Below are positions 46,545 to 54,978 of a DNA stretch of 64,000 bases, piece by piece. Numbering within the stretch: position 1 is the first letter of the stretch; every line of letters begins with the position of its first letter. Below the pieces are notes generated by a model that saw nothing but the letters and a program-made list of their open reading frames with translations, was not told where the DNA came from and did not search any database. The stretch covers positions 14,393 through 78,392 of the forward strand of contig JAGNEX010000007.1 of the NCBI GenBank assembly GCA_018003035.1, read 5' to 3'. Made by a program: the position numbers and the translations under genes. The DNA is from Acidimicrobiia bacterium (lineage in GTDB: Bacteria; Actinomycetota; Acidimicrobiia; IMCC26256; JAGNEX01).

Positions 46545-49204
46545 ACCTCCTCCTCACCGGGGTGACCGGTTTTGTCGGCAAGGTGGCGTTGTCGGAGCTG
46601 CTGACACGTCGCAACGAACTGGACATTCGTCGCGTTCACGTGCTGATCCGGCCGAGCAAAGGCCATTCCGCTCAGACACGCTTCGATCTCGAGGTGGCGA
46701 CCGCAGAATGTTTTGCAGATTTGCCTCGCGGGTGGACGTCTCAGGTCCGGGTCGTGGAAGCCGACCTTTCCGAGCCGGGTTGCGGTCTCGCCGCAACCGA
46801 ACGCACCCACCTTCGACGGCAGGTGACCCACATCGTGCACGCCGCCGCGTCGATCGACTTCGACCTTCCAGCACCTACCGCTGCTGACGCGAATGTGACC
46901 GCGGCGCTCAACGTTCTCGAATTCGCCCGCGAGTGCCCCAACCTCGAGCGGATGGTCTCGGTCTCGACCGCATACGTGCACGCCAACCATCGCGACGGTC
47001 GCCTCCTTCGGCGGAACCTTGCGGCACTCCCCCGCCCCGCCAGCGAGCTGTACCGCGACATCCTCGCCGGAGAAATCGACGACCAGACACTGTTGACCCT
47101 TACCGGGCATCCCAACACCTATACGGTGACCAAAGCCATCGCCGAACATTTACTGATCGAACGCCGGGAACAAGTGCCATTAAGCATCGTTCGTCCGTCG
47201 ATCATTTCCGCTTCGTGGCGCCGGCCATTTCCCGGCTGGATCGATTCCCACGCCGCTTTTGCAGGTTTCATCAGCGTGCTGGGCGCCGGCTATCTGCGCG
47301 TCGTTCGCGGCGACTCCGACACCGAGTTAGACATCGTTCCCGTCGACGTCGTCTGCGAACACATCATCACCGCCCTCTTGGAGGCGAAAGACGCTCCACC
47401 GAGCATCCACCACGCTGTCGCCGGCGACGGTGCACGGGCCAAGATCAGCGACATTCGCCGGATCACGATGGACTACTTCCAGCGCCACCCAGTGGCTCGC
47501 CCACCGCGGGTGACGTACGTCGGTACTAATGAGCGGCGGCTCAAGGCTGGACACCTCCGCCATCACGTCCTGCCGATCCGCGCCGGCAGCGTGACCAGCA
47601 AGAAGCGACGCCGGCAGGGCCAGAAGCTGCTCCAGCGCATCGAGAAACTCAACGAGATCTTCCCGGCCTTTACCCAAACGACTTTCCGCTTCGAAGCTGA
47701 ACCGCCGCTTGCCACGCAGGGATTCGACGCTGATACCTACATCGGGATCGTCTGCGCAGGCGTGTACCGCCATCTCATGCGCCGCGAACAGCGTGAAGTC
47801 CTGCTGGCAGGTAAGGCCCACCCCGGTTACGGCGGCGACGCCAAATGGGCGCTGTCGGCCAAAGGCCAGACCAAGACGATGAAGTTCGGCGCTTGGGTGG
47901 TCACGAAGGGTTTTCGACGCATGGCAGAGTCGATTACCGTCGACCTTGCGTCCTTTGAAGATGCGCGCGAACAGGTCCCCGAAGGCGAGTCGATCGTCTT
48001 TGTGCCGTCGCACCGCTCGTACATGGACTTCGTACTGGTCCACTACTTGACGTTCGTGCGACCCGATCTCAATCTGGCGGTTCCGCACGCGGCGGCGGCA
48101 TCGGACTTCAAACGAATCCCGGTCATCGGCCGCCTGTTCTCGGGCTATCACGCGTTCTACGTGGACCGCGGCAAGGGTAAGGCAGACGAATCGCTCTCCA
48201 ATGCGGTCGGCGGTTTGGTCACCGAGGGCGACAACATCGAGTTCTTCATCGAAGGTACGCGCAGCCGTTCTCGCCAGTTCCTCCAACCCAAGCGAGGCAT
48301 GCTGAGGGCCCTGCAGAAGTCGGGTCGACCAGTCACCATCTACCCGGTTGCCTTCACCTATGACCGGGTGCCCGAAGAGCGCCCGATGAACCGTGAACTC
48401 TCCGGTAAGCCCAAGCAGAAGATGCGACTCTCGGCGCTGTTGCTCTGGACGTTCAAGCTGGTCAGGGGCAAGATTCAGGTCGGACGCCTCCACATGGCCT
48501 GCGGTGAGCCGATCCGGCTGACACCCGAAGACGACGTGTACGCCGCCGCCACAGCGATCATGGGCGAACTGCAGCGCACGACGCTGGTCTCCGACCACCA
48601 CTTGCGCGAGTTCGTCCGGGCCAACTCCCTCGAAGACATCGGCGTCGACTGGCTGCACGAGGCCATCGACCGCAGAGGTGGCAGGGTCATCCGGTCCGAC
48701 CTCAAACGTCCCGCGGATGAGGCCACCGCCGCCAACATGCGTTTCCAGTTTGAGCACCTGTTCTTTCCAGAGGCACGAGTTGTCTTCGGAGAACACCCCG
48801 CCATTGCGCATCACCTGGCCTTCAACGACTTCGCGGGCATGTCATACCGCGAGCCAGACGCCGAACTCGACGACCCCCGAGTGCTGCGGGTTTTAGAAGC
48901 CTTGTTCAAGCCGCTGTGTGACGGATACGCCAAAGTCGCTGAAGAGCTCGGTCCGACCAGCGGAGAGATTCGACACGCCTCTCCGTCGGACCTCGTTTGG
49001 GAAGCACAGGGCATCTACCTTCCACATGCCGAAGAGATGTTCGCTCTGCTGGTCGAACGCGGGGTGTTGGTCAAAGAAGCATCCGACCAGTACGGCTGGG
49101 GTCCCAAGGCCGCAAGTGTTCATCAAGTAGCGAGAGACTGTCGCTGGCCCGACCGACCTCCGCTACGCCTCGTCCCCTCACGCCTGACGCAAAAAGGGGC
49201 GTGA
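46541..49204 (+). CDS. Bifunctional fatty acyl-CoA reductase (FAR) / DHAP(glycerol-3-P) acyltransferase fusion, 887 aa
   Basis: N-terminus: LLTGVTGFVGK (FAR NAD(P)H motif), HPNTYTVTKAIAEH (YxxxK). C-terminus: VPSHRSYMDFV (HxxxxD block I), FFIEGTRSRS (block III), IYPVAFTYDRV (block IV). ATGA overlap with the agpS stop. Confidence 0.85.
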   Translation: MNLLLTGVTGFVGKVALSELLTRRNELDIRRVHVLIRPSKGHSAQTRFDLEVATAECFADLPRGWTSQVRVVEADLSEPGCGLAATERTHLRRQVTHIVHAAASIDFDLPAPTAADANVTAALNVLEFARECPNLERMVSVSTAYVHANHRDGRLLRRNLAALPRPASELYRDILAGEIDDQTLLTLTGHPNTYTVTKAIAEHLLIERREQVPLSIVRPSIISASWRRPFPGWIDSHAAFAGFISVLGAGYLRVVRGDSDTELDIVPVDVVCEHIITALLEAKDAPPSIHHAVAGDGARAKISDIRRITMDYFQRHPVARPPRVTYVGTNERRLKAGHLRHHVLPIRAGSVTSKKRRRQGQKLLQRIEKLNEIFPAFTQTTFRFEAEPPLATQGFDADTYIGIVCAGVYRHLMRREQREVLLAGKAHPGYGGDAKWALSAKGQTKTMKFGAWVVTKGFRRMAESITVDLASFEDAREQVPEGESIVFVPSHRSYMDFVLVHYLTFVRPDLNLAVPHAAAASDFKRIPVIGRLFSGYHAFYVDRGKGKADESLSNAVGGLVTEGDNIEFFIEGTRSRSRQFLQPKRGMLRALQKSGRPVTIYPVAFTYDRVPEERPMNRELSGKPKQKMRLSALLLWTFKLVRGKIQVGRLHMACGEPIRLTPEDDVYAAATAIMGELQRTTLVSDHHLREFVRANSLEDIGVDWLHEAIDRRGGRVIRSDLKRPADEATAANMRFQFEHLFFPEARVVFGEHPAIAHHLAFNDFAGMSYREPDAELDDPRVLRVLEALFKPLCDGYAKVAEELGPTSGEIRHASPSDLVWEAQGIYLPHAEEMFALLVERGVLVKEASDQYGWGPKAASVHQVARDCRWPDRPPLRLVPSRLTQKGA

Positions 49205-50232
49205 TGTCGAACGCCAACTTGCCGCCTTCAGGCGGCTCAGTACTCGTGACCGGCGCGTCCGGATTCCTCGGCCGCCACCTTCTCGCGGCGCTGTCGGAGC
49301 GCGGACGGGTGGGACATGGTCTCGTTCGCGACGTCGCCGCCTTCGTCGGTCAAGACTGGGTGGACGAACTAGGTGGTGTCTCGACGGTCGAGGGAGGGTT
49401 GTCTGACCGGTCGGCCTGGATCAGCAGTCCGGCGCTGTCGGACTGTCAATCGATCATTCATTCCGCCGCCCTCGTCGACCACAGCCGAAGCGAAGCCGAC
49501 AAGGTGTACCGCACCAATGTGGACGGCACGCTGGAGATGGTCCGGGCCGCTCATGATCTGGGTGCCCGGCTCGTGTTCGTCTCGACGTCGGGAACGGTGG
49601 GCTGTTTCGACGACCCGGACGCTAGAGCCGACGAGCTGGCTCCTTACGTCGAAGACGTCGTCAAAGACTGGCCGTACTACCACTCAAAGATCATCGCCGA
49701 ACGTGAAGCGATTGCCTTGGCAGATGACTTGGGCGTCGAGCTAGTCATCATCCGGCCGCCCGTCATGCTCGGACCAGGCGATCACCGCTTCCGCTCCACA
49801 AGCAACCTCATCAGGTTCATGAAGGGCAAACTGCCGTTTGTGATCCGGGGAGGTTTTGACTTTGTCGATATCCGCGATGCTGCCGCTGCGATGTGCGTTG
49901 CAGCGTCCATGCCCAGCCCCCGCCCGGTGTACCACCTGCCCGGAACCTCATGCGGCGTCCAAGAGTTCTTTCAAATGGCAGCGCCTTTTGCAGGCCGGCC
50001 TGCCCCACGATTTGTCGTGCCGTTCCGACCCGCATGGGTGCTAGCTTCTGGACTTCACAAGGTTGGCCTCCACGTCTTACCCGACCCCGTCGTTGTCGAA
50101 ATGGCGTCAAAGTACTGGGGCGTTTCAACGCTCTATTCGCCGATCGACCTTGATTTTTCACCTCGAGCGGGAGATGAGACTCTCGGCGATACGATCGCCT
50201 GGCTGAAAGCACACTGCCCCGATCTGACCTAG
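49204..50232 (+). CDS. Extended SDR (NAD-dependent epimerase/dehydratase family); candidate acyl/alkyl-DHAP reductase
   Basis: VLVTGASGFLGRHL, YYHSKIIAE (YxxxK). The start ATG shares its A (49204) with the upstream TGA (GTGATG). Confidence 0.8.
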   Translation: MSNANLPPSGGSVLVTGASGFLGRHLLAALSERGRVGHGLVRDVAAFVGQDWVDELGGVSTVEGGLSDRSAWISSPALSDCQSIIHSAALVDHSRSEADKVYRTNVDGTLEMVRAAHDLGARLVFVSTSGTVGCFDDPDARADELAPYVEDVVKDWPYYHSKIIAEREAIALADDLGVELVIIRPPVMLGPGDHRFRSTSNLIRFMKGKLPFVIRGGFDFVDIRDAAAAMCVAASMPSPRPVYHLPGTSCGVQEFFQMAAPFAGRPAPRFVVPFRPAWVLASGLHKVGLHVLPDPVVVEMASKYWGVSTLYSPIDLDFSPRAGDETLGDTIAWLKAHCPDLT

Positions 50233-50251
50233 TTCCGTCACAAAGGTCGCC

Positions 50252-50701
50252 ATGTCCACACCATCCGATGCCTCCTGTGACGCCGGCGGTTTAAGGCGGC
50301 CAGTGCGAGCCTTGTGGCGTGGCCACATCGAGGAGATTCGCTGGCGAGACCTGCGAACCGCCACGGTCGTCGGCACGTTTGCCGTCGGTACTTGGAACCT
50401 GGCTGGGATCGACACCGTCTTGTGCCCTTTGCGGCGATTGACCGGGGTTCCTTGCCCATTCTGTGGAATCACAACGGCGGCTACCGAAGTTGTGACTGGC
50501 GATCTTTTCGGTGCCCTAGCCGCAAACCCGTTGATCATCGCAGTGGTTGTAACCGTGATCGTCGGATGGGGCGCAGCGGTTTCGGTAGCGCGAGGCCGGC
50601 AACCGGTTTTCTTCAACGTTCCTCGGCAACCGCTTTTCTGGGCTGGCATCATTGCCGCTGCATGGATCTTTGAACTTCAGCGATTCGATCTCATCTTCTA
50701 G
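50252..50701 (+). CDS. DUF2752-family small membrane protein
   Basis: CPLRRLTGVPCPFCGITTA cysteine motif followed by 2-3 TM. Confidence 0.7.
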   Translation: MSTPSDASCDAGGLRRPVRALWRGHIEEIRWRDLRTATVVGTFAVGTWNLAGIDTVLCPLRRLTGVPCPFCGITTAATEVVTGDLFGALAANPLIIAVVVTVIVGWGAAVSVARGRQPVFFNVPRQPLFWAGIIAAAWIFELQRFDLIF

Positions 50702-50726
50702 GCAACTAAACCGAAAAGAGGCTCAC

Positions 50727-51359
50727 ATGAGCAGTGGTTTTGGTGATACGCCCCAGGATCCCGGTCAGGGAGGCTCCTTCCAGCAATGGCCGAACCCAGC
50801 GGGCTATGCCGCCGGACAGCCCGCATACCCGGCAGTAGGACAACCCGCTTACCCAGGAGCGCCGGGGGCACCCCCACCAAATCCTTGGGAGTTCGTCCAG
50901 TACGCGGGGTTCTTCCAGCGTTGGTTGGGGTACTTCATCGACGGGCTGATCGCCCTGCTCTTTTGCATTCCAGGTTTCCTGGTGTTCACTCTGGGACCGT
51001 CCGAAACGGGGCTGTGCTCGGACGCGTTTGACACCTACGTGTGCGAGGCGCCAACCGACGGCACCCTGGTGCTGGCGTGGCTGCTGTACATCGCGGGGAT
51101 CGTCCTGTTCGTCATCTTCTGGTCGCGGCGAATCGGGTCAACGGGTCAGTCACCTGGCAAGAAGATCGCCGGGGTTCGGGTCATCGACGCTCGGACCGGT
51201 CAGCCGATCGGGGCGGGCCGCGCGTTCGGTCGGTACCTCTGCTACATCATTTCTGGCATGGTCTGTTACCTAGGGTTCTTCTGGGCGATCTGGGACCCAC
51301 GCAAGCAGGCGTGGCACGACAAGATCGTCGGGACGGTCGTCATCAAGGCCGACACCTGA
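50727..51359 (+). CDS. RDD-family membrane protein with Pro/Gly/Gln-rich N-terminus
   Basis: FFQRWLGYFIDGLI ... WHDKIVGTVVI RDD-domain pattern. ATG 50727 after AAGAGG. Confidence 0.75.
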   Translation: MSSGFGDTPQDPGQGGSFQQWPNPAGYAAGQPAYPAVGQPAYPGAPGAPPPNPWEFVQYAGFFQRWLGYFIDGLIALLFCIPGFLVFTLGPSETGLCSDAFDTYVCEAPTDGTLVLAWLLYIAGIVLFVIFWSRRIGSTGQSPGKKIAGVRVIDARTGQPIGAGRAFGRYLCYIISGMVCYLGFFWAIWDPRKQAWHDKIVGTVVIKADT

Positions 51360-51379
51360 TTGACCCGTTTGGTGTGAGG

Positions 51380-51413
51380 TTGCGGGCCTGACGACTTTTC
51401 AGCGGGCCCGCAA
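51380..51413 (+). terminator. GC-rich hairpin after the RDD gene (candidate end of the agpS operon)
   Basis: TTGCGGGCC-(16 nt)-GGCCCGCAA: perfect 9-bp stem beginning 21 nt after the TGA. No U-tract, as is common in high-GC actinobacteria. Confidence 0.45.
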
Positions 51414-51488
51414 CGCTCCTCCAGGTAGCGCGTCACAAGTTCTAGAGCGCACACCAGGGGGATTTCTCAGGCCAACTAGATTGCCGAG

Positions 51489-52550
51489 GTGCAATCACTA
51501 GGCCTGATGGCGCTCATCGCCATCTTTATCGTCGGCACTGCAGTCGTCTGGCTGGCCGGGGTCAAGATCGCCGACGCCACCGACGTGCTCTCCAAACGGT
51601 TGAATTGGGGCGACGCGGTCGGCGGCATCGTGGTCTTGGCAGTCGTCACCAACTTGCCTGAGCTCGCGATCATCATGTCGGGAGCGGTGCGCGGGGATCT
51701 TTCCTTGGCGGTCGGCAACATTCTCGGAGGAATCGCCGCTCAGACGGTCGTCCTCGCCATTTTGGACGGTTCGCTGCGACGCGACGAGCCGCCCCTCACT
51801 TCTCGGGTGACGTCTCTGCGCCCGCTGCTTGAGGCGCTGCTGGTCGTCATCGTGCTCGCGCTCGTCCTTGCGGGCACCCAACTCCCCTCCTCGATGATCG
51901 TGCTTCGCATGTCACCGGTCAGCGTGTTGATCGTGGCCACGTGGCTCGTTGGGATCAGGCTGATCGGACGCCGCGGCTCGGCCTTAGCGTGGGAGCGGAG
52001 TGCGTTCACCGACCAACGACCGTCGGGACCACCCAGTCACGGGGTCCTGCACGCGCAGCGCCTCGAAGCACGGATGAGTGCGCAGTCCACGGCCATCGTG
52101 GCAGCAATCTTTACGATCGCTGCGCTCGCGACACTTGCCGCAGGGGTCGCGATCGAGATGGCAAGTGATGCAATCGCCCAAGAGATCGGCATGTCTGGCG
52201 CAGTCTTCGGTGCGACGGTGCTCGCGCTCGCAACGTCCCTGCCCGAACTGTCGACAGGCAGCACGTCGGTACTAGTCGGCAAGGACGAATTAGCGATCGG
52301 TGACATCTTCGGGGGCAACGCGTTTCTGCCCGTGCTGTTCCTCCCCGCAGGCATCGTCGCGGGGTCAGCGGTCCTTCCCGGTGCCTCTGCGAGCGACCTG
52401 TTTTTGACCGCCGGAGGGATCGTGCTTACCGCCCTGTATGCCGCCGGGACCTTGTTTCAAAGTCGACGGCGCATTCTGGGGATGGGTGTTGACTCATTCC
52501 TGGTGCTGGTGGTGTACATCATGATGGTCGGCTCGCTCGTGGTGCTTTAG
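51489..52550 (+). CDS. CaCA-family cation/Ca2+ exchanger membrane protein
   Basis: Two alpha-repeat signatures, VVTNLPELAI and ALATSLPELSTG, plus GNILGG / GDIFGGNAF. ~10 TM. GTG start. Confidence 0.8.
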   Translation: MQSLGLMALIAIFIVGTAVVWLAGVKIADATDVLSKRLNWGDAVGGIVVLAVVTNLPELAIIMSGAVRGDLSLAVGNILGGIAAQTVVLAILDGSLRRDEPPLTSRVTSLRPLLEALLVVIVLALVLAGTQLPSSMIVLRMSPVSVLIVATWLVGIRLIGRRGSALAWERSAFTDQRPSGPPSHGVLHAQRLEARMSAQSTAIVAAIFTIAALATLAAGVAIEMASDAIAQEIGMSGAVFGATVLALATSLPELSTGSTSVLVGKDELAIGDIFGGNAFLPVLFLPAGIVAGSAVLPGASASDLFLTAGGIVLTALYAAGTLFQSRRRILGMGVDSFLVLVVYIMMVGSLVVL

Positions 52551-52627
52551 AAAGCGCAAGCCAGACGCCCGCAGTTGAGCCGACGGATTTGGGAGACATC
52601 GGGTTGGCAACGTGACCGGCTTTGGTC

Positions 52628-54028
52628 TTAGCGACCGTCGACCGACCAGTGCCACGGTTCCGATGGAAGGTTCTGGAAGCCAAAGCGGCCGCCGTTCGCC
52701 TTCAACCACGCGAACCCCGAGCTCGAGCGGTTGAGCGCCCTGCCCCCTTGAGTGAAGTCAACGGCGAGTCCCCGTTCGTGGTTGGACGATCCGGGCCGCG
52801 CTGTCGGTGGCGAACATTGTGAAGCCGGCATTTGATAGATGGCGTATTGGCTCGATCCGCAGTGAGCAATCCGCAGGTCAATTTGAGCCTGCGGATCTCG
52901 GAAGCCCCCACCGGACATCGAAATCCCGTCTGCCGCTGCGGCCTGGAGGAGGGCCTGCAGGTTCTGGGCAATTGACTGATGGACGCGAATGCCGTTCACC
53001 GAAACAATCTCACCGGAGTATGCACTAATCGTCACGTTCGCCGGGGCGGGCGGCGCAGCGGTGGTAGCCGGAGTCGGCGTTTGCGGCGTTGGCGTCTGCG
53101 GTTCCGCCGTCGCTGTATTCCCCGCACCTGACCCAGTTGCCGCCGAGGCAGAAGGCGCAGCCGCCTGAGCGGTCGCGGGGGTTGTTGCGGGCGGAGCTGT
53201 AGTCGTCGTTGTGGTCGTCGACGTGGCGAGGAAGGCCATGCGCGCAGCGATCGCGTCCTGTTCGGTTCGGATCTGGCTGGCCAGTTGGGCGTCGACGCTT
53301 TCGAGCGCCTGCGCCTCGCTCAATGCCCGGTCCAAACGACTTTCGACATCGTCGGAGAGCTGCTGCTGACGCTTCTGAGCCTCAGAGAACGTGGCGAGGC
53401 GCGCTTGTGATGCGGCAACTTTTTCTTTGGCGGCCGCTTCATCAGCAACAAGTTGACGCTGCATCTCGGTTTGATCCTGTCGGGCGGCGCCCAGCGAGGA
53501 CAGCAAATCTTCGTCGGTCGACGCCTGGTTGCGGAGCAGCACAATCCGCCGACTCGCCTCCATAAAGTTGTCGACGTTCAGCAACCCGGCGAGAGCGGGT
53601 ACCCCGCCGATGTAGCTGCGAAGTATGCGATCGTCGACTCGCGCTTCAAGGCTGGCGACCTGCGTATCGATGCGGTTGAGTTCTGCCCGGGTCCCTTCCA
53701 GCTGGATCTGGGCGGAGTCGGCAGCTCGCTGAGCAGTTCGCAGCGCGGCGGCCTCATCGTCATATTGGGCGTTGACGGTGTCGAGAGCGGCAATCAGTTC
53801 GCTCGATTCCGCCTGAAGAGCATCGATCTCGGCGGCCCGGGCGGCTTTCTCACGTTGAACTTGTTCGCGTTGATCTTCGAGTTCTTCAAGGTCGTCAGCC
53901 CACCCCGTTCCCGGAAGGCTGGCCAGAACGCCGAGCACGCAGATCAGCGCCACGAGGCGCGCCAAACGGTGTCTACTGTTCGCGCGATTGCGAACGGGAT
54001 GTTCTGGATGACTCGCTCTCGGACCCAA
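52628..54028 (-). CDS. Secreted coiled-coil protein with C-terminal M15 (VanY-like) D-Ala-D-Ala carboxypeptidase domain
   Basis: Signal/TM, ~230 aa of heptad-like E/Q/A/L-rich sequence, T/P/A linker, then SNHERGLAVDF (SxHxxGxAxD) and SEPWHW (ExxH). TTG start at 54028 is uncertain. Confidence 0.8.
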   Translation of the reverse strand: MGPRASHPEHPVRNRANSRHRLARLVALICVLGVLASLPGTGWADDLEELEDQREQVQREKAARAAEIDALQAESSELIAALDTVNAQYDDEAAALRTAQRAADSAQIQLEGTRAELNRIDTQVASLEARVDDRILRSYIGGVPALAGLLNVDNFMEASRRIVLLRNQASTDEDLLSSLGAARQDQTEMQRQLVADEAAAKEKVAASQARLATFSEAQKRQQQLSDDVESRLDRALSEAQALESVDAQLASQIRTEQDAIAARMAFLATSTTTTTTTAPPATTPATAQAAAPSASAATGSGAGNTATAEPQTPTPQTPTPATTAAPPAPANVTISAYSGEIVSVNGIRVHQSIAQNLQALLQAAAADGISMSGGGFRDPQAQIDLRIAHCGSSQYAIYQMPASQCSPPTARPGSSNHERGLAVDFTQGGRALNRSSSGFAWLKANGGRFGFQNLPSEPWHWSVDGR

Positions 54029-54118
54029 ACGACGTTCCTGAGGTAGGCGTGGAAACGGTCAACCTATGCAACGGCTGAGGCGACCAAAATGTTGAGCCCG
54101 ACCTAGAAAAATGAGGGA

Positions 54119-54907
54119 TTACGCGCGCTGGCTTGAGACGGGTATGACCTCACCAGTGCAGTAACTCGACAGGTCGCTGGCTAGGAAAACCATAACGTTC
54201 GCGACCTCCCAGGGTTCCGCGGCCCTCCCGTAGGCCTCCCGATCGGTGAGCTCAGCGAGCAGTTCGTCAGTGGTGACTTTTGCTAAGAACGGGTGCATCG
54301 CCAGGCTTGGGGCGACCGCGTTCACACGCACCCCAAACTCGGCCCCTTCGACGGCCGCGCACCTGGTCAGAGCCATCACACCCGCCTTCGCAGCGGCGTA
54401 GTGAGCTTGCCCTTTTTGCGCCCGCCAGCCGAGCACCGACGCGTTGTTGACGATCACACCCCCGCCCTGATCCCGCATGACGCGCAAGGCTGCCCGAACA
54501 CACCTAAACGTACCGTTGAGGGTTACATCGAGGACCAGACCCCACTGTTCATCGGTCATATCCACGAGGTCGGCAGTGCCCCCCAAACCGGCGTTGTTCA
54601 TGAGTACGTCGATACGTCCGTGTGCGGCAACGACGGCATCGACAAAGGCGGTCACCGATTCATCGCTCGTCACGTCGCACAGCACCGCTTCCACCGATGC
54701 GCCCGTCTCTGCGTGGAGCGCTTGACGCGCCTCTTCTAACCGGCGGGGATGAATGTCGGAAATAACGACCGAAGCGCCTTCTTCGACACATCGTCGAGCG
54801 GTGGAAAATCCGATGCCCGTACCGGCTGCGGCGGTCACCGCCACCACCTTGTCCCTGAGCAGCCCGCGGGGCTGTGGGTATACGGCTTGGGTTTGGTCGG
54901 TCACCAT
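54119..54907 (-). CDS. SDR family oxidoreductase
   Basis: VTAAAGTGIG, NNAGLGG, YAAAKAG. Confidence 0.9.
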   Translation of the reverse strand: MVTDQTQAVYPQPRGLLRDKVVAVTAAAGTGIGFSTARRCVEEGASVVISDIHPRRLEEARQALHAETGASVEAVLCDVTSDESVTAFVDAVVAAHGRIDVLMNNAGLGGTADLVDMTDEQWGLVLDVTLNGTFRCVRAALRVMRDQGGGVIVNNASVLGWRAQKGQAHYAAAKAGVMALTRCAAVEGAEFGVRVNAVAPSLAMHPFLAKVTTDELLAELTDREAYGRAAEPWEVANVMVFLASDLSSYCTGEVIPVSSQRA

Positions 54908-54978
54908 CAGATTTCAACCTCTCGGGTTCTGGCGTGGCGTTGACACCGCGGCAGACGTGCGTAGCTTGCTGCGCTGAG

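Noticed and set aside
47327-48814. 495-aa minus-strand ORF inside the FAR-DHAPAT gene
   Set aside because: It is antisense to a gene with clear catalytic motifs. Its translation is low-complexity R/G/D/V-rich with no recognisable domain.
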